Source of the DNA: Candidatus Cloacimonadota bacterium
Lineage (GTDB): Bacteria; Muiribacteriota; UBA6191
Assembly: GCA_019454875.1 (NCBI GenBank)
Contig: JACFNL010000009.1
Location: forward strand, 168 to 64,167
Direction: 5' to 3'
Length of the DNA: 64,000 bases
The notes under the pieces are model-generated. The model saw nothing but the letters and a program-made list of their open reading frames with translations, ran no database searches and was not told the origin of the DNA. The position numbers and the translations under genes are program-made. Positions within the stretch are counted from its first letter, which is position 1; each line of letters starts with the position of its first letter. Below, piece after piece: positions 52,507 to 61,684 of this stretch.

Positions 52507-54657
52507 TTATAAAAAGACGAGGCAAGCAATTGGGGTCATAATTATTGCATGAAGAATAGCTCTGTTTCTTTGCTCAGGCGTTGCGCAGTACCTTGATTTG
52601 GTGGGCAGTACATAGGCAGAAAATAGTTCTCCATTGTTAATAGCATAGTATTGTGATCTAGTCAGTTCGCACTTGGACTCCAGAATCTTGTCTCCTATTT
52701 GATACTGAACATTGGCCTCATATCCCACCATTAGGTAGTAGCTGACCTGTTTTAGTTCAAGTATTTTTACTGGCATCAAGATACCCTTGGAAATGATTCT
52801 GTGAGCCCAGAGTGCTGCGAGCGCGCGCCAAAGCACCAAAAAGAATAAGACGATAAACTGTGCGTATCCCTCGCCTTTGTTATCAGATTGCGATTGAGAT
52901 TGGTAGCCAGGAAGCTTAAAGTTATAAACCCGGTTACCCTCATATTGGTCGAGGGGACCACGGGTAATATTCAGATTGGGGGAAGCTAAAATATCTGATT
53001 TCCCATTTTTATCAACGGCCTGAATCATCATCGTGTCGTTGTTTACAAGGATTTTTTTGTCTTCCAATTCTGCATATCGGTAGAAATCAATTAGTGCAGT
53101 TTGTATATTATCTCTATAATAATGGCATGTTCCCCTAGTCATTAGTAGAGGGGCAAATTCACTAATTTCCAAGGCTAATGTGGCATATTGAATACAGGCA
53201 TCATAATCCTTATTGTACATACTTGCAGTGCTCAGAAAATAGTATGTGACTCCTAAATCACCGGAAGGATTTTTTTCCACATATTTGTTTCCATTGACGA
53301 TGGCAAGACGAAGATTACCTGTCATCGAATAGAATCTCATTAGCCAGTAATAAACCGTACTGTCTTCGGGATTGGTTACGGAATACTCTTTAAGATCCTT
53401 AACGGGATCGGCTACATCGGAGGTTACTTTCCATACTCTTTGTGGGTCATTTTTAATCTGAACATTGGTGTTACCTGGGCGGGGAATTCCTGAAGGATTT
53501 TTTATAAAAGTAGCAGCCCTTAGCAGTTTAAATTCTGCATTGGCTGGTTCCAACTCTATCAGGTTGGATAGTATAAAAAACAATGCCTGACCATTGTCTT
53601 CTTTATAAGCGTGATCATAAGCATCTATAAGCAGTGCCGTAGTAGATTTTGCAGTGTAATGGTTTGAGGGTATAACTTGTTTGGCTCTTTCAACAAATTT
53701 GATTTGAGCCTCGGGACTCATTACAAAGTGGATAACAGAATCCCCACCATAATACCGGTTTATAATTTTCAGAGGTGTGGAAAACTCAGGACTTGCTAGT
53801 TTCATCACATTGCCACTGGACTCAAACTGAATGATTGCCGTTAGTCCACTAGCGTCAAAGCTCACTTTTTCGCTACCTGCATAAGCCTTAAACTTTTCAT
53901 AGCTTCCGTCAAAATCCCCCAAAAGATAATGACAGCGAGCCACTATAAGCAGAATATTGGGATCGAGATGTTCCTTAAGATACTGATTGCCGAATCGTAT
54001 ACAATCACTGTATTGGTATCCGGCAAACTTCAGAACAGTTAGAGATTCAAGAATGGCTTTTGAAGTCACTGGGTTGGTCGAGTGCTGCATTGCAGATTCT
54101 GCGGCCTTGGATGCTTCATTCAATTTATTGTTCTTCAAGTGCTGTAAATGAAGCTTCCAGAATTCCTCTGCATAATCCACAACTGGCAGTGGTTTCTGAA
54201 CATAGGGGGTTCCATCGTCATTGAGCACAACTCCTGAAGACTGAGTATCGGGCTGCATCCTAACAGTAGGTGGGGGCGAGTAGGTGGGGTCGTCTTCAAG
54301 CAATACTCCTCCTCCAGGCAGATGGGTTTCTTTCATGGCACCTTGGGCTTTTTTGTGCCCTAACTTGGCAGCCCGTGAAAACCATGCCTTGGCTTTAGCT
54401 TCGTCAGGTTCGACCCCAAGACCCTTTCTATACATATTTCCAAGTTCATACATGGCAGGGGCGTGTTGCTGTCTGGCAGCCAGCATAAGCCACCGCCCAG
54501 ATTGTTTGTAATTTTTTAAGGAGTGATAACGGGATGCAATGGACATCTGAGCCTTGAGATCTCCAGATTTTCCCAACTCCAACAGCTTTTCAGGAATATC
54601 TGCTGTCTGGCAGTTCTGAAGAAACATCACAAGCAATAAAGCTAATTGGAGATACAT
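52507..54657 (-). CDS. Sel1-repeat + TPR-like protein with C-terminal two-TM (DUF3592-like) module
   Basis: The signal/lipobox-like N-terminus is followed by Sel1 units (AMYELGNMYRKGLGVEPDEAKAKAWFSRAAKLGHKKAQ) and a long helical-repeat body. The C-terminus has FIVLFFLVLWRALAALW, ~95 aa, then AIIMTPIACLVFL. Confidence 0.6.
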   Translation of the reverse strand: MYLQLALLLVMFLQNCQTADIPEKLLELGKSGDLKAQMSIASRYHSLKNYKQSGRWLMLAARQQHAPAMYELGNMYRKGLGVEPDEAKAKAWFSRAAKLGHKKAQGAMKETHLPGGGVLLEDDPTYSPPPTVRMQPDTQSSGVVLNDDGTPYVQKPLPVVDYAEEFWKLHLQHLKNNKLNEASKAAESAMQHSTNPVTSKAILESLTVLKFAGYQYSDCIRFGNQYLKEHLDPNILLIVARCHYLLGDFDGSYEKFKAYAGSEKVSFDASGLTAIIQFESSGNVMKLASPEFSTPLKIINRYYGGDSVIHFVMSPEAQIKFVERAKQVIPSNHYTAKSTTALLIDAYDHAYKEDNGQALFFILSNLIELEPANAEFKLLRAATFIKNPSGIPRPGNTNVQIKNDPQRVWKVTSDVADPVKDLKEYSVTNPEDSTVYYWLMRFYSMTGNLRLAIVNGNKYVEKNPSGDLGVTYYFLSTASMYNKDYDACIQYATLALEISEFAPLLMTRGTCHYYRDNIQTALIDFYRYAELEDKKILVNNDTMMIQAVDKNGKSDILASPNLNITRGPLDQYEGNRVYNFKLPGYQSQSQSDNKGEGYAQFIVLFFLVLWRALAALWAHRIISKGILMPVKILELKQVSYYLMVGYEANVQYQIGDKILESKCELTRSQYYAINNGELFSAYVLPTKSRYCATPEQRNRAILHAIIMTPIACLVFL

Positions 54658-54712
54658 AGAACCTCTATGATATCATGCGATATCCATAGATTCTATCTAC
54701 TCGGCTATACCT

Positions 54713-56257
54713 TTAATCCCAGTCCCTCTCTGCCAGAAAGTCGGGGGGAATATCCATGTCAGCTGGCAAAATTTTTAAATCAGTGACCAGATCATAGACC
54801 ATTTTAGCCAGGGCCTTGCCCTCTGAGGTTTTACGAAAGGCAGTGGCAGCACCCTGGACAAAAAGATTTGTGTCTCTGTCAAAAACCATTTTTTCCCATT
54901 TTCCGGCAAAACTAGACAGAACTCGAAGTTTTTCCTCACGGCTTTGGGCAATGCTAATCGATTTCTGAAAGCGATTCAGTTCCCCGTTAAAATGCTCGGC
55001 ATTGATCAGGTCTTCTTTCTCAAACTCCTGGGCCATTTTGTCGGCTTCTGCCTGGAATTTTTGGCCTTCGGAAGTTGCTAGATAGGCATCTAGGGCAGGG
55101 CCGGCCTTTTCATGATCACTTACGGCATCATAGGCATTATCTAGCTCGCGGTATAAAAACCGCTTTTCATAATTGGACGGGTTTTTTTCCATGCGCTTCA
55201 GAAACTCCTGGTACAGATCATGAAATGGTGAGAAGTCATCAACACGGGCTGTAAAAAGGGGCTTTTGATCAATGGGAGTCAGATTCAGTCCCCCATTATC
55301 AGAAGTGCTTACGGGAAGATTGGCAATAGACAAGGTATTGGATGGGGCAAAGTATTCCTCCCTGACTTTAGCAATTGTCACAGGGGCGGGAGAGGATTTG
55401 ATTTTTTTCAGATTCTGTTTGTATTCAAGTCGGGCTATGAGGTGGTTGAGGCTGTGCCTGGGGATACTGCTACCAATATTGGGTTTAATGGATTCAATGT
55501 AGGCTGCTAATTCTTCGAGTTTGTCCTGCACCAGAAGAAGCATTCCAATTCTGAGGGCAATATTTTCCGAAAACCCCTCTTCATTGAGCTGTTCTCGGTA
55601 TTTTTGCATCAAAGGTTCGCTGAATTCAGGGATATCCTGTTCGGAAACAGAAAGCCACTGATACAGTGAGTTGTCATGGTCTTTGAATGTCAGTTTCTTT
55701 TGACGGATTAACTGGCTCATCGTGTTCTGGTAATCCTGCATCTGCTTTCTGAAGCCAAGGATGATTGGGGAGTCCGTTTTCTGGGCAGTTAGATGTTCGT
55801 GCATTAAATGATAGGCACTGGCTTTTCTAAACAGAGGTAGAAGCTCTTCTCTGGCAGAGAGGGCTAGTTCTGAAAAGCGGTTGGTGATATCACTTAACGA
55901 ATCCATAGCACTACGATTGTCCAAAGTATGGATCTGGTATCGGGCCAGTCCTAAAAGATATGCTCCCTCCTGTTTGACCTTCAAAGCTCTTAACATGGCC
56001 GTACACCAGGCAAAATCAATCTTTTCCATCACCAGGTGACATTGAAAGGCGGCTTGGGGGTAATTTTTTTCTTCATACAGAGATCGGGCTAACCATCCCG
56101 ACTCCCGCGCTTCCCGAAACAGGGAAGGGTATTTGTCGGCAATTTGAATAACGGCTTTATATTGTTTTGCTTCAAAGGCCTTGCGGACCTGAATCAAATC
56201 GGAGGCATAGGGAGAGACAAGGCAAAACAGTGATACAAAGAAACTGAATCTCATCAT
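54713..56257 (-). CDS. Secreted helical protein of unknown function
   Basis: 514 aa with signal peptide MMRFSFFVSLFCLVSPYAS and predominantly helical composition. 4-nt overlap with the upstream lipoprotein gene. Confidence 0.5.
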   Translation of the reverse strand: MMRFSFFVSLFCLVSPYASDLIQVRKAFEAKQYKAVIQIADKYPSLFREARESGWLARSLYEEKNYPQAAFQCHLVMEKIDFAWCTAMLRALKVKQEGAYLLGLARYQIHTLDNRSAMDSLSDITNRFSELALSAREELLPLFRKASAYHLMHEHLTAQKTDSPIILGFRKQMQDYQNTMSQLIRQKKLTFKDHDNSLYQWLSVSEQDIPEFSEPLMQKYREQLNEEGFSENIALRIGMLLLVQDKLEELAAYIESIKPNIGSSIPRHSLNHLIARLEYKQNLKKIKSSPAPVTIAKVREEYFAPSNTLSIANLPVSTSDNGGLNLTPIDQKPLFTARVDDFSPFHDLYQEFLKRMEKNPSNYEKRFLYRELDNAYDAVSDHEKAGPALDAYLATSEGQKFQAEADKMAQEFEKEDLINAEHFNGELNRFQKSISIAQSREEKLRVLSSFAGKWEKMVFDRDTNLFVQGAATAFRKTSEGKALAKMVYDLVTDLKILPADMDIPPDFLAERDWD

Positions 56258-56931
56258 TGTGTCCTCTCATCTTTAGAAAGCATGCGTTTCCACAACTCAT
56301 GATTATAACCAAAATTTTGCCCATACCGTTTCATAAGATGATTATAAACCGCATCCTGAAGGACTGCCTCACCTTGCAAAAATACATCTAGTAGCTGCAT
56401 ATCCGATTTGGAGTCAGGGCTGATTTCACGAATGAGATCACGAATCTCATAAGGTCTAAGTCCTGTTGATGTTCTGTTCATGGGAAACAAAAAGGCAGTT
56501 TCCCTTAACCAGATTAATTTGTCAGTTCCTGAAGAGGAAATCAGTACTTCTTTTAGCGAATGCACCAGGGAGGGGTCATAGATATGGGGTTTGTAATCCT
56601 GTTTAATTCTTGCAACCAGACTTAGCCGTTTGGTTTGGCTAACTGGATTTTTTTCCCTGCTATAAGCCAAAAGAATTTCGGGAAGGGTAGGTGGCCTCTT
56701 TTCATCAACTGTAGATGGACTCTGATCTGGAGCTGGAATTGTGTCAATTTTTGTCAAATCTGCTGGAGCTGGATTAACAGCTTCTGGAATTGGTGTTGGA
56801 TAGGTTTTTTTTTCTGTGACCGTGGTCTCAATAATTTTTGTTTCCAGGGGTTTTACCTGAGTTGGTGTCGCTTTTTCATTGCAGCCTGAACAGATGAGGA
56901 GCAAGGGAACAAACAATAGATACCAGACCAT
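56254..56931 (-). CDS. Lipoprotein-like protein of unknown function
   Basis: 225 aa. MVWYLLFVPLLLICSGCNEK, followed by a Pro/Thr-rich linker. Confidence 0.5.
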   Translation of the reverse strand: MVWYLLFVPLLLICSGCNEKATPTQVKPLETKIIETTVTEKKTYPTPIPEAVNPAPADLTKIDTIPAPDQSPSTVDEKRPPTLPEILLAYSREKNPVSQTKRLSLVARIKQDYKPHIYDPSLVHSLKEVLISSSGTDKLIWLRETAFLFPMNRTSTGLRPYEIRDLIREISPDSKSDMQLLDVFLQGEAVLQDAVYNHLMKRYGQNFGYNHELWKRMLSKDERTQ

Positions 56932-56944
56932 AGTCTATAGTTTA

Positions 56945-57763
56945 CTATAGCTTTTGCAATCCTGGTGTAATCCGCTGCATTTCCTGATTCTTTTTTATGA
57001 GATTGAGCACGGCTATCAGGGCGGGTTTGTTTAGATAGGGGTTCAGACAGGAATCCATTAAAAGTCGATGAGAGTCCATGTAGCCCTGTAAGGAAGCCTT
57101 CCTGAGATTAAAAAGAATGCTGTCTTCGTCATTCAAACGGCAGGATAGAAGGGCTAGATTGATAGACAGGGGGGCAAAGTCAGGCAGATTTTTTCTAAGC
57201 AGAATCAGAGCCTGTTCCGCTTCACCCCATTGCTGCAACTCGATCAGGGCCATGGTTCTTACCCAGCGCAATCTGTCTGAGTTATGCTTCTGCAAAGCAT
57301 AATCGGCAAACTGTATGGCCTTGACGGGATTTTTGTTTATGAGCTGTAGGTGGGCATGTTCAAAACAGATTGTTTCAGACTCAGAGTTTGAAAGGAGCAG
57401 TGCTCGAAAGGCTTCCACAAGTGCTTTGTTGTAGTTTTTCTCAAGTACGGAGTACCTTGAATGTAAAATCCATACCTCAGGATGGGAAGGGGCCAGATCC
57501 ATCAGTGTGTTAAGGAGTGGTTTAGCCCGTTTTTTTAGCCTGGTCTGAATATAGTGGCTGGTAAGTGAAAGTCTCAGATTAAGATCTGAGGGGGATTGGG
57601 AAAGTTTTTTTCTAAGCTCAAATGCCTCCAGAACCCCACGATCAGGTAGCCATGAAACAAAGGGTTCAGGGGGGGTACAATCAAATGGGTGGGTGCAGGC
57701 AACAGGGCAATAAATCAGAATAAAAACAAGAAGCCAGTGCATCAGAAAATCGGGCCTGGGCAA
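56945..57763 (-). CDS. TPR-repeat protein (secreted/lipoprotein-like)
   Basis: 272 aa. The likely start is MHWLLVFILIYCPVAC (ATG 57742). TPR-like helical pairs occur throughout (PEVWILHSRYSVLEKNYNKALVEAFRALLL). Confidence 0.55.
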   Translation of the reverse strand: MPRPDFLMHWLLVFILIYCPVACTHPFDCTPPEPFVSWLPDRGVLEAFELRKKLSQSPSDLNLRLSLTSHYIQTRLKKRAKPLLNTLMDLAPSHPEVWILHSRYSVLEKNYNKALVEAFRALLLSNSESETICFEHAHLQLINKNPVKAIQFADYALQKHNSDRLRWVRTMALIELQQWGEAEQALILLRKNLPDFAPLSINLALLSCRLNDEDSILFNLRKASLQGYMDSHRLLMDSCLNPYLNKPALIAVLNLIKKNQEMQRITPGLQKL

Positions 57764-57789
57764 AAACTCAGACCCGGTTATCGGATATC

Positions 57790-58176
57790 TTATAATCCCT
57801 GGGATTTTAGAATCTCCAGCATTGGAGTGATGGATGGAACGCAGTCAAATTCCTTAAACTGATTCCAGCGCACCCAGCGATAAGAAAGGTGGTGAGCCAG
57901 CCTCACCTTTTTGGAGATACATTCAACTCCAAAGGCGGTGATTTCAACAGTTCCAAAGTCATATTCCTGAGTCACTGTGGCTAATTTGTCCTGAACAACT
58001 ACATCCAGGTTAAACCGCTTGGAAAGATGATCCTTTAAGGCATCTTCGAGGGTTACCCCTTCGTCCGCCGCCCCTCCTGGAAATTCCCACAAGCCCGGAA
58101 ACCTGCCTTGTTCATCCCTTTTCACCAGAACAAACTTACCCTCGTCACGAATAATGCCTACAGCAACTCTGATCAT
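57790..58176 (-). CDS. MutT/Nudix-fold protein with degenerate Nudix box
   Basis: VAVGIIRDEGKFVLVKR...GLWEFPGG and the C-terminal half align with E. coli MutT from memory. The box reads GAADEGVTLEDALKDHLSKRFNL, with V, DH, KR and N in place of E, RE, EE and G. Confidence 0.7.
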   Translation of the reverse strand: MIRVAVGIIRDEGKFVLVKRDEQGRFPGLWEFPGGAADEGVTLEDALKDHLSKRFNLDVVVQDKLATVTQEYDFGTVEITAFGVECISKKVRLAHHLSYRWVRWNQFKEFDCVPSITPMLEILKSQGL

Positions 58177-58340
58177 ACTTAATCACCTGTGTCTAAAATT
58201 GATTCAATTCCGCACGATTTTACACAGACTCATGCAAAATAACAAGGTCTTGCGGGGAAAATGTTAGGTTAATATGGTTAAGCGGTTTTCACATGTTAAG
58301 ATTGTGCCCCAAATTTGTTTACCGGAATGGAGATAATAGA

Positions 58341-58970
58341 ATGATTGTCAGGATTTTATATATGTTAGTGGCCCTGTTCCCATTTTTTACAGGCTGCTCC
58401 AAGGAAGAGATGAGCACGGACTGGAAGCCGGATCTTAGTGAGTCAAAACCTAACCCTCATCAGTTTCAGCATCCATCGGTAACTCCTCCCCAACCCGTGG
58501 CTCCGGTTTCTTCCGGCACAGATACAAATTCTGTGTTTCGTTTTTCTGATCTGACATTTGTGATTCCGGGGGAATGGAAACAGATTGAAGCATCTTCGTC
58601 TATGCGTCTGGCAGAATTTCGTGCTCAGGCCGCTTCGGATGTAGAGATTGTGGCTTTTCACTTTGGACCCTCAGCCGGAAGTATCGAGGCCAACCTGAGC
58701 CGTTGGAAAGATCAGTTTTTGAAGCTGGAATCTGATCGTGAGGAAAATCTGTTAGGAGGAAAAGTCAGAATTGCGGATTATTCAGGCACATTTAAGCTGG
58801 CCGCTGCACCGATGTCCCCTTCGTTTCAGGAGGCCCCGGGTTACAGAATGCTGGCTTCTATCATTCACTCTCAATCCGGCCCTGTCTTTTTTAAGGTGAC
58901 CGATTCCAAAGAAAAAATTGCCCTGATTGAAAAGGATTTTTGGGCCATGATGCAATCGATAGGTAAATAG
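58341..58970 (+). CDS. Lipoprotein of unknown function
   Basis: Start at ATG 58341 (GGAGA RBS). Lipobox MIVRILYMLVALFPFFTGC, then a Pro-rich linker and a ~150-aa domain. Confidence 0.55.
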   Translation: MIVRILYMLVALFPFFTGCSKEEMSTDWKPDLSESKPNPHQFQHPSVTPPQPVAPVSSGTDTNSVFRFSDLTFVIPGEWKQIEASSSMRLAEFRAQAASDVEIVAFHFGPSAGSIEANLSRWKDQFLKLESDREENLLGGKVRIADYSGTFKLAAAPMSPSFQEAPGYRMLASIIHSQSGPVFFKVTDSKEKIALIEKDFWAMMQSIGK

Positions 58971-59203
58971 TGGAGCCATCGGCTGAATTACTTGAAGTAC
59001 TGCGCATGGGCGGTGTTTCTGAGTTCCGGTCCTTTGTTTTGAACCAGCAGTATTTTATTGCCAAGTCACAGCCATTTATAGGGGAAAAGGAATGGGAAGC
59101 TCTTTATCACAAGGCAGTTCTTGGTTATGATGAGCTTTCCGATCGTTGGCCAGATTCAGTATCCTGGCTAGCGCAGAATGGTTTTTTTTCAATGTTATTA
59201 TGA
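58970..59203 (+). CDS. Hypothetical small protein
   Basis: 77-aa ORF whose GTG start overlaps the upstream stop. No motif recognised. Confidence 0.35.
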   Translation: MEPSAELLEVLRMGGVSEFRSFVLNQQYFIAKSQPFIGEKEWEALYHKAVLGYDELSDRWPDSVSWLAQNGFFSMLL

Positions 59204-59209
59204 GGTTGT

Positions 59210-59932
59210 ATGAAATTTGCCCGCAATGAACCCTGTCCCTGTGGCAGCGTGAAAAAATTTAAAAAATGTTGTGAAATCAAGCCTAATCCAGAGATCCGTG
59301 ATGAGGATCTCAAGGCATCAGCCCAGGAAATTGATGCTGTCCTAAAAGAAGCGATTGAGGATTTTTCTACTGATGAATACATTGAAACCTATGCAATAGG
59401 AATGAATCAGCTTAAACGATTTCTGGGGCTTAATGATGCCAAACTTGAAGAGTTTATGGACTCTGATTTTGGCCAGCAGCAAATTCTGGAATGGATGCTT
59501 TTTGTGACCCCCGTGGGAGATCACAGAAACTATTTTGCAGCCCAGGATTCAGAACTGGCTCAAAAATTGGCTCAGACCAACCTGTCCCTTTATATTGTGG
59601 ACTCGGGTTTTGGGGATTTTCTGGTGCTTCAGGACTTGTTCACCTCAGAATTTCATTTTGTGAAACTTCTGGTGCCCCGACACCTTCACGGCGGGGACAT
59701 TCTTACAGGAAGAATGTTTCATGGTCCAGCAGGCAAACTTCTTCTTTCTGCCTATGCCCAGTTCCGGTTAACTCACGGGCAGCTCGAAGAAGTGCGGCGC
59801 AATGTTTCCGTCAAGACCAGCGAAGCCTTACGGGAGCTTCAACCCGAAGTATTTGCCGAAGTGTTTCATCTGGCCCAACGGCAGGATTTTGCCTTGGCTC
59901 CTGAGGATGAACACTGTGGGCATCATCACTAA
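59210..59932 (+). CDS. SEC-C motif domain protein
   Basis: N-terminal NEPCPCGSVKKFKKCC is the SecA-C-terminal-type zinc motif. The rest is unrecognised, and the protein ends in HCGHHH. Confidence 0.65.
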   Translation: MKFARNEPCPCGSVKKFKKCCEIKPNPEIRDEDLKASAQEIDAVLKEAIEDFSTDEYIETYAIGMNQLKRFLGLNDAKLEEFMDSDFGQQQILEWMLFVTPVGDHRNYFAAQDSELAQKLAQTNLSLYIVDSGFGDFLVLQDLFTSEFHFVKLLVPRHLHGGDILTGRMFHGPAGKLLLSAYAQFRLTHGQLEEVRRNVSVKTSEALRELQPEVFAEVFHLAQRQDFALAPEDEHCGHHH

Positions 59933-59973
59933 AATCATTGTAAAGCATGGTCAAAATATAGCCATAAGTGATT

Positions 59974-60816
59974 TTATCCATTGATCCCTTGCTCCTGGCG
60001 AAGCCTCCTGATCAGTGCCAAAGATCTATCAATTTCCTCTCGGTAATGAAGATAGATATGATGCGTTTCACAAAGGGTGGCCAGATTCTCTACCGTATTC
60101 TGGCCCCCATCTTTCACGGGCTTGATATGGTGAATGTCCAGAAACCGTCTGTGATGGCATCTTCTCCCATGCTTTTGAAAACTGCAACGGCCCTTATCTC
60201 TTAAAATCACCTGATTTAAAATATCCTGTGGGATATGCTCTCTTTTATTATCCGTGGGCCCACCATCTTGCGTGACAGACTGACTTGTTGGGTCTGGTTT
60301 ACTGATTGGGGCAACCTTTGCCGTGACAGATTTCTTTTTAGCCTCTGCCCTTTCTGCCAAAGCTTTGAAGGATTCCGTGGTATCAATACTTAAACGAAAA
60401 TAATCCGCATTAATTCTTTGCCAGAAGTCGCGTCTGGTTTTGTAGGTGGAAACCTTGGCTACTTCTTTTTCCAGTTCTCGGCAGGAGAGCTTTTTAGATT
60501 TTTCAATCCACTCCGATTTATTCTCAGAAGTGATGACCGAGGAGACTTTTCTTAGTTTAGCCAGTCCAACTTCCCCAGAATCGATGGCCTCTTTCATCGC
60601 TGGAATTTGGACGGCTTTTCGGGCTACGGTAATTAAATTACTTACGGTGGCGGCACTGATTCCCTGACCGATGTTTAAATACTCAAACAAGGAGGAATAC
60701 CCAAGCTCAAGATAAAACTTGGTGAAATCGGCTTCCTGAGTGAGTTCAATCAAGAGACCTTCCTGTTTTCTATACTCAATGACAGTTTCTGTGATTTTTT
60801 GATGTAGGTTTTGCAT
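59974..60816 (-). CDS. HNH endonuclease (DUF222-like N-terminal region)
   Basis: C-terminal CSFQKHGRRCHHRRFLDIHHIKPVKDGGQNTVENLATLCETHH is an HNH/His-Me finger with zinc-binding Cys/His. The helical N-terminal region is as in DUF222-HNH proteins. Confidence 0.75.
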   Translation of the reverse strand: MQNLHQKITETVIEYRKQEGLLIELTQEADFTKFYLELGYSSLFEYLNIGQGISAATVSNLITVARKAVQIPAMKEAIDSGEVGLAKLRKVSSVITSENKSEWIEKSKKLSCRELEKEVAKVSTYKTRRDFWQRINADYFRLSIDTTESFKALAERAEAKKKSVTAKVAPISKPDPTSQSVTQDGGPTDNKREHIPQDILNQVILRDKGRCSFQKHGRRCHHRRFLDIHHIKPVKDGGQNTVENLATLCETHHIYLHYREEIDRSLALIRRLRQEQGING

Positions 60817-60966
60817 ACATTTATGCTACCACGGGGTTTTGGGGCTTATTTTGAGGTGACTAGAGCGGGCATATTCCGAAATTACACAATTTTTGGCAGT
60901 CTTGTCGAAGATCAGGCAGAAATAGAGAGAAATGGAGCACTAAAACCGATATTTTTTGAGGTGTTG

Positions 60967-61095
60967 GGACAGACTGAAAAATGGTGTCCGATACCCTGTC
61001 AAGAAAAATTTGAATAAAATGGTCGTGACAGATGATTTTTGCCCGGTTTGTATGTAACACTGTCACAGGATTCGAGCCAGTAGTCTGTGACAGAT
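60967..61095. promoter_or_regulatory. Cluster of GACAG/CTGTC motifs including two CTGTNACAG palindromes (operator-like) in a 365-bp divergent intergenic region
   Basis: gacag at 60968-60972, ctgtc at 60996-61000, cgtgacagatgatt at 61024-61037, ctgtcacag at 60060+1000 (61060-61068), ctgtgacagattatt at 61085-61099. The 13-mers gtgacagatgatt and gtgacagattatt differ at one base. Confidence 0.4.
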
Positions 61096-61181
61096 TATTG
61101 TGATCAAAGATCAACAGCCCTTAATATCTGATGATGCTCGCTCCAATAGAACTTGTCATCAAAGTTGACTGAAACACGATC

Positions 61182-61640
61182 ATGGCTATAGTACTCGGTA
61201 GAAGGCCTAAACCTTATGAGGTCAAATTTATAGTCTTGTTTCTACTTATTCATGGGTATCTAATACACTATTTTTTCATAGCTTTGGACGAGATGCAGCA
61301 TATGCAGGCCACGGATGGACTCAAGATAAAACCTCAATTGATTCAGGAGCATTTTCCCCAAGTAAGATATACTGGGTATATCGCGCTACCGGATCCGGTT
61401 ACCGCTGACTATTTGTGGTATGGAACATATAAAGGCATGCCAAATACGGACAAGTGTCGTTATTCAGAAACAAAAAATCTTAAAAGTTTCTACGGGTATG
61501 ATCCTGTCGAGAATATAGATTGTAGCCCAAGTGGTTTTGATGTGTTTAGATGCAAACAAGGTTCGCTAGACTACTGGATTGGACTTAACCAAATTGAGGG
61601 ATGCTTTATTCTTAGAAGCGTACCAAGGAGCGGCTATTGA
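61182..61640 (+). CDS. Hypothetical membrane-anchored Cys-containing protein (low-GC islet)
   Basis: 152 aa with an N-terminal TM helix (FIVLFLLIHGYLIHYFFIAL) and 4 Cys in the C-terminal half. No family recognised. Confidence 0.4.
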   Translation: MAIVLGRRPKPYEVKFIVLFLLIHGYLIHYFFIALDEMQHMQATDGLKIKPQLIQEHFPQVRYTGYIALPDPVTADYLWYGTYKGMPNTDKCRYSETKNLKSFYGYDPVENIDCSPSGFDVFRCKQGSLDYWIGLNQIEGCFILRSVPRSGY

Positions 61641-61684
61641 CTCTGAACTAAAAGACGGGAGAATGCCCTTTAGAAGGAGATGGC

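Noticed and set aside
59930-59977. AT-rich inverted repeat taaaatca / tgatttta between the SEC-C and HNH genes as a terminator or att site
   Set aside because: The stem is AT-only with a ~30-nt loop, and no matching repeat lies at the other end of the low-GC islet.
60811-61114. ORFs 60811-61017 (+) and 60860-61114 (-) in the long spacer
   Set aside because: They overlap each other and have no RBS or motifs. The region is better explained as regulatory DNA with repeated motifs. A small protein or sRNA cannot be excluded.
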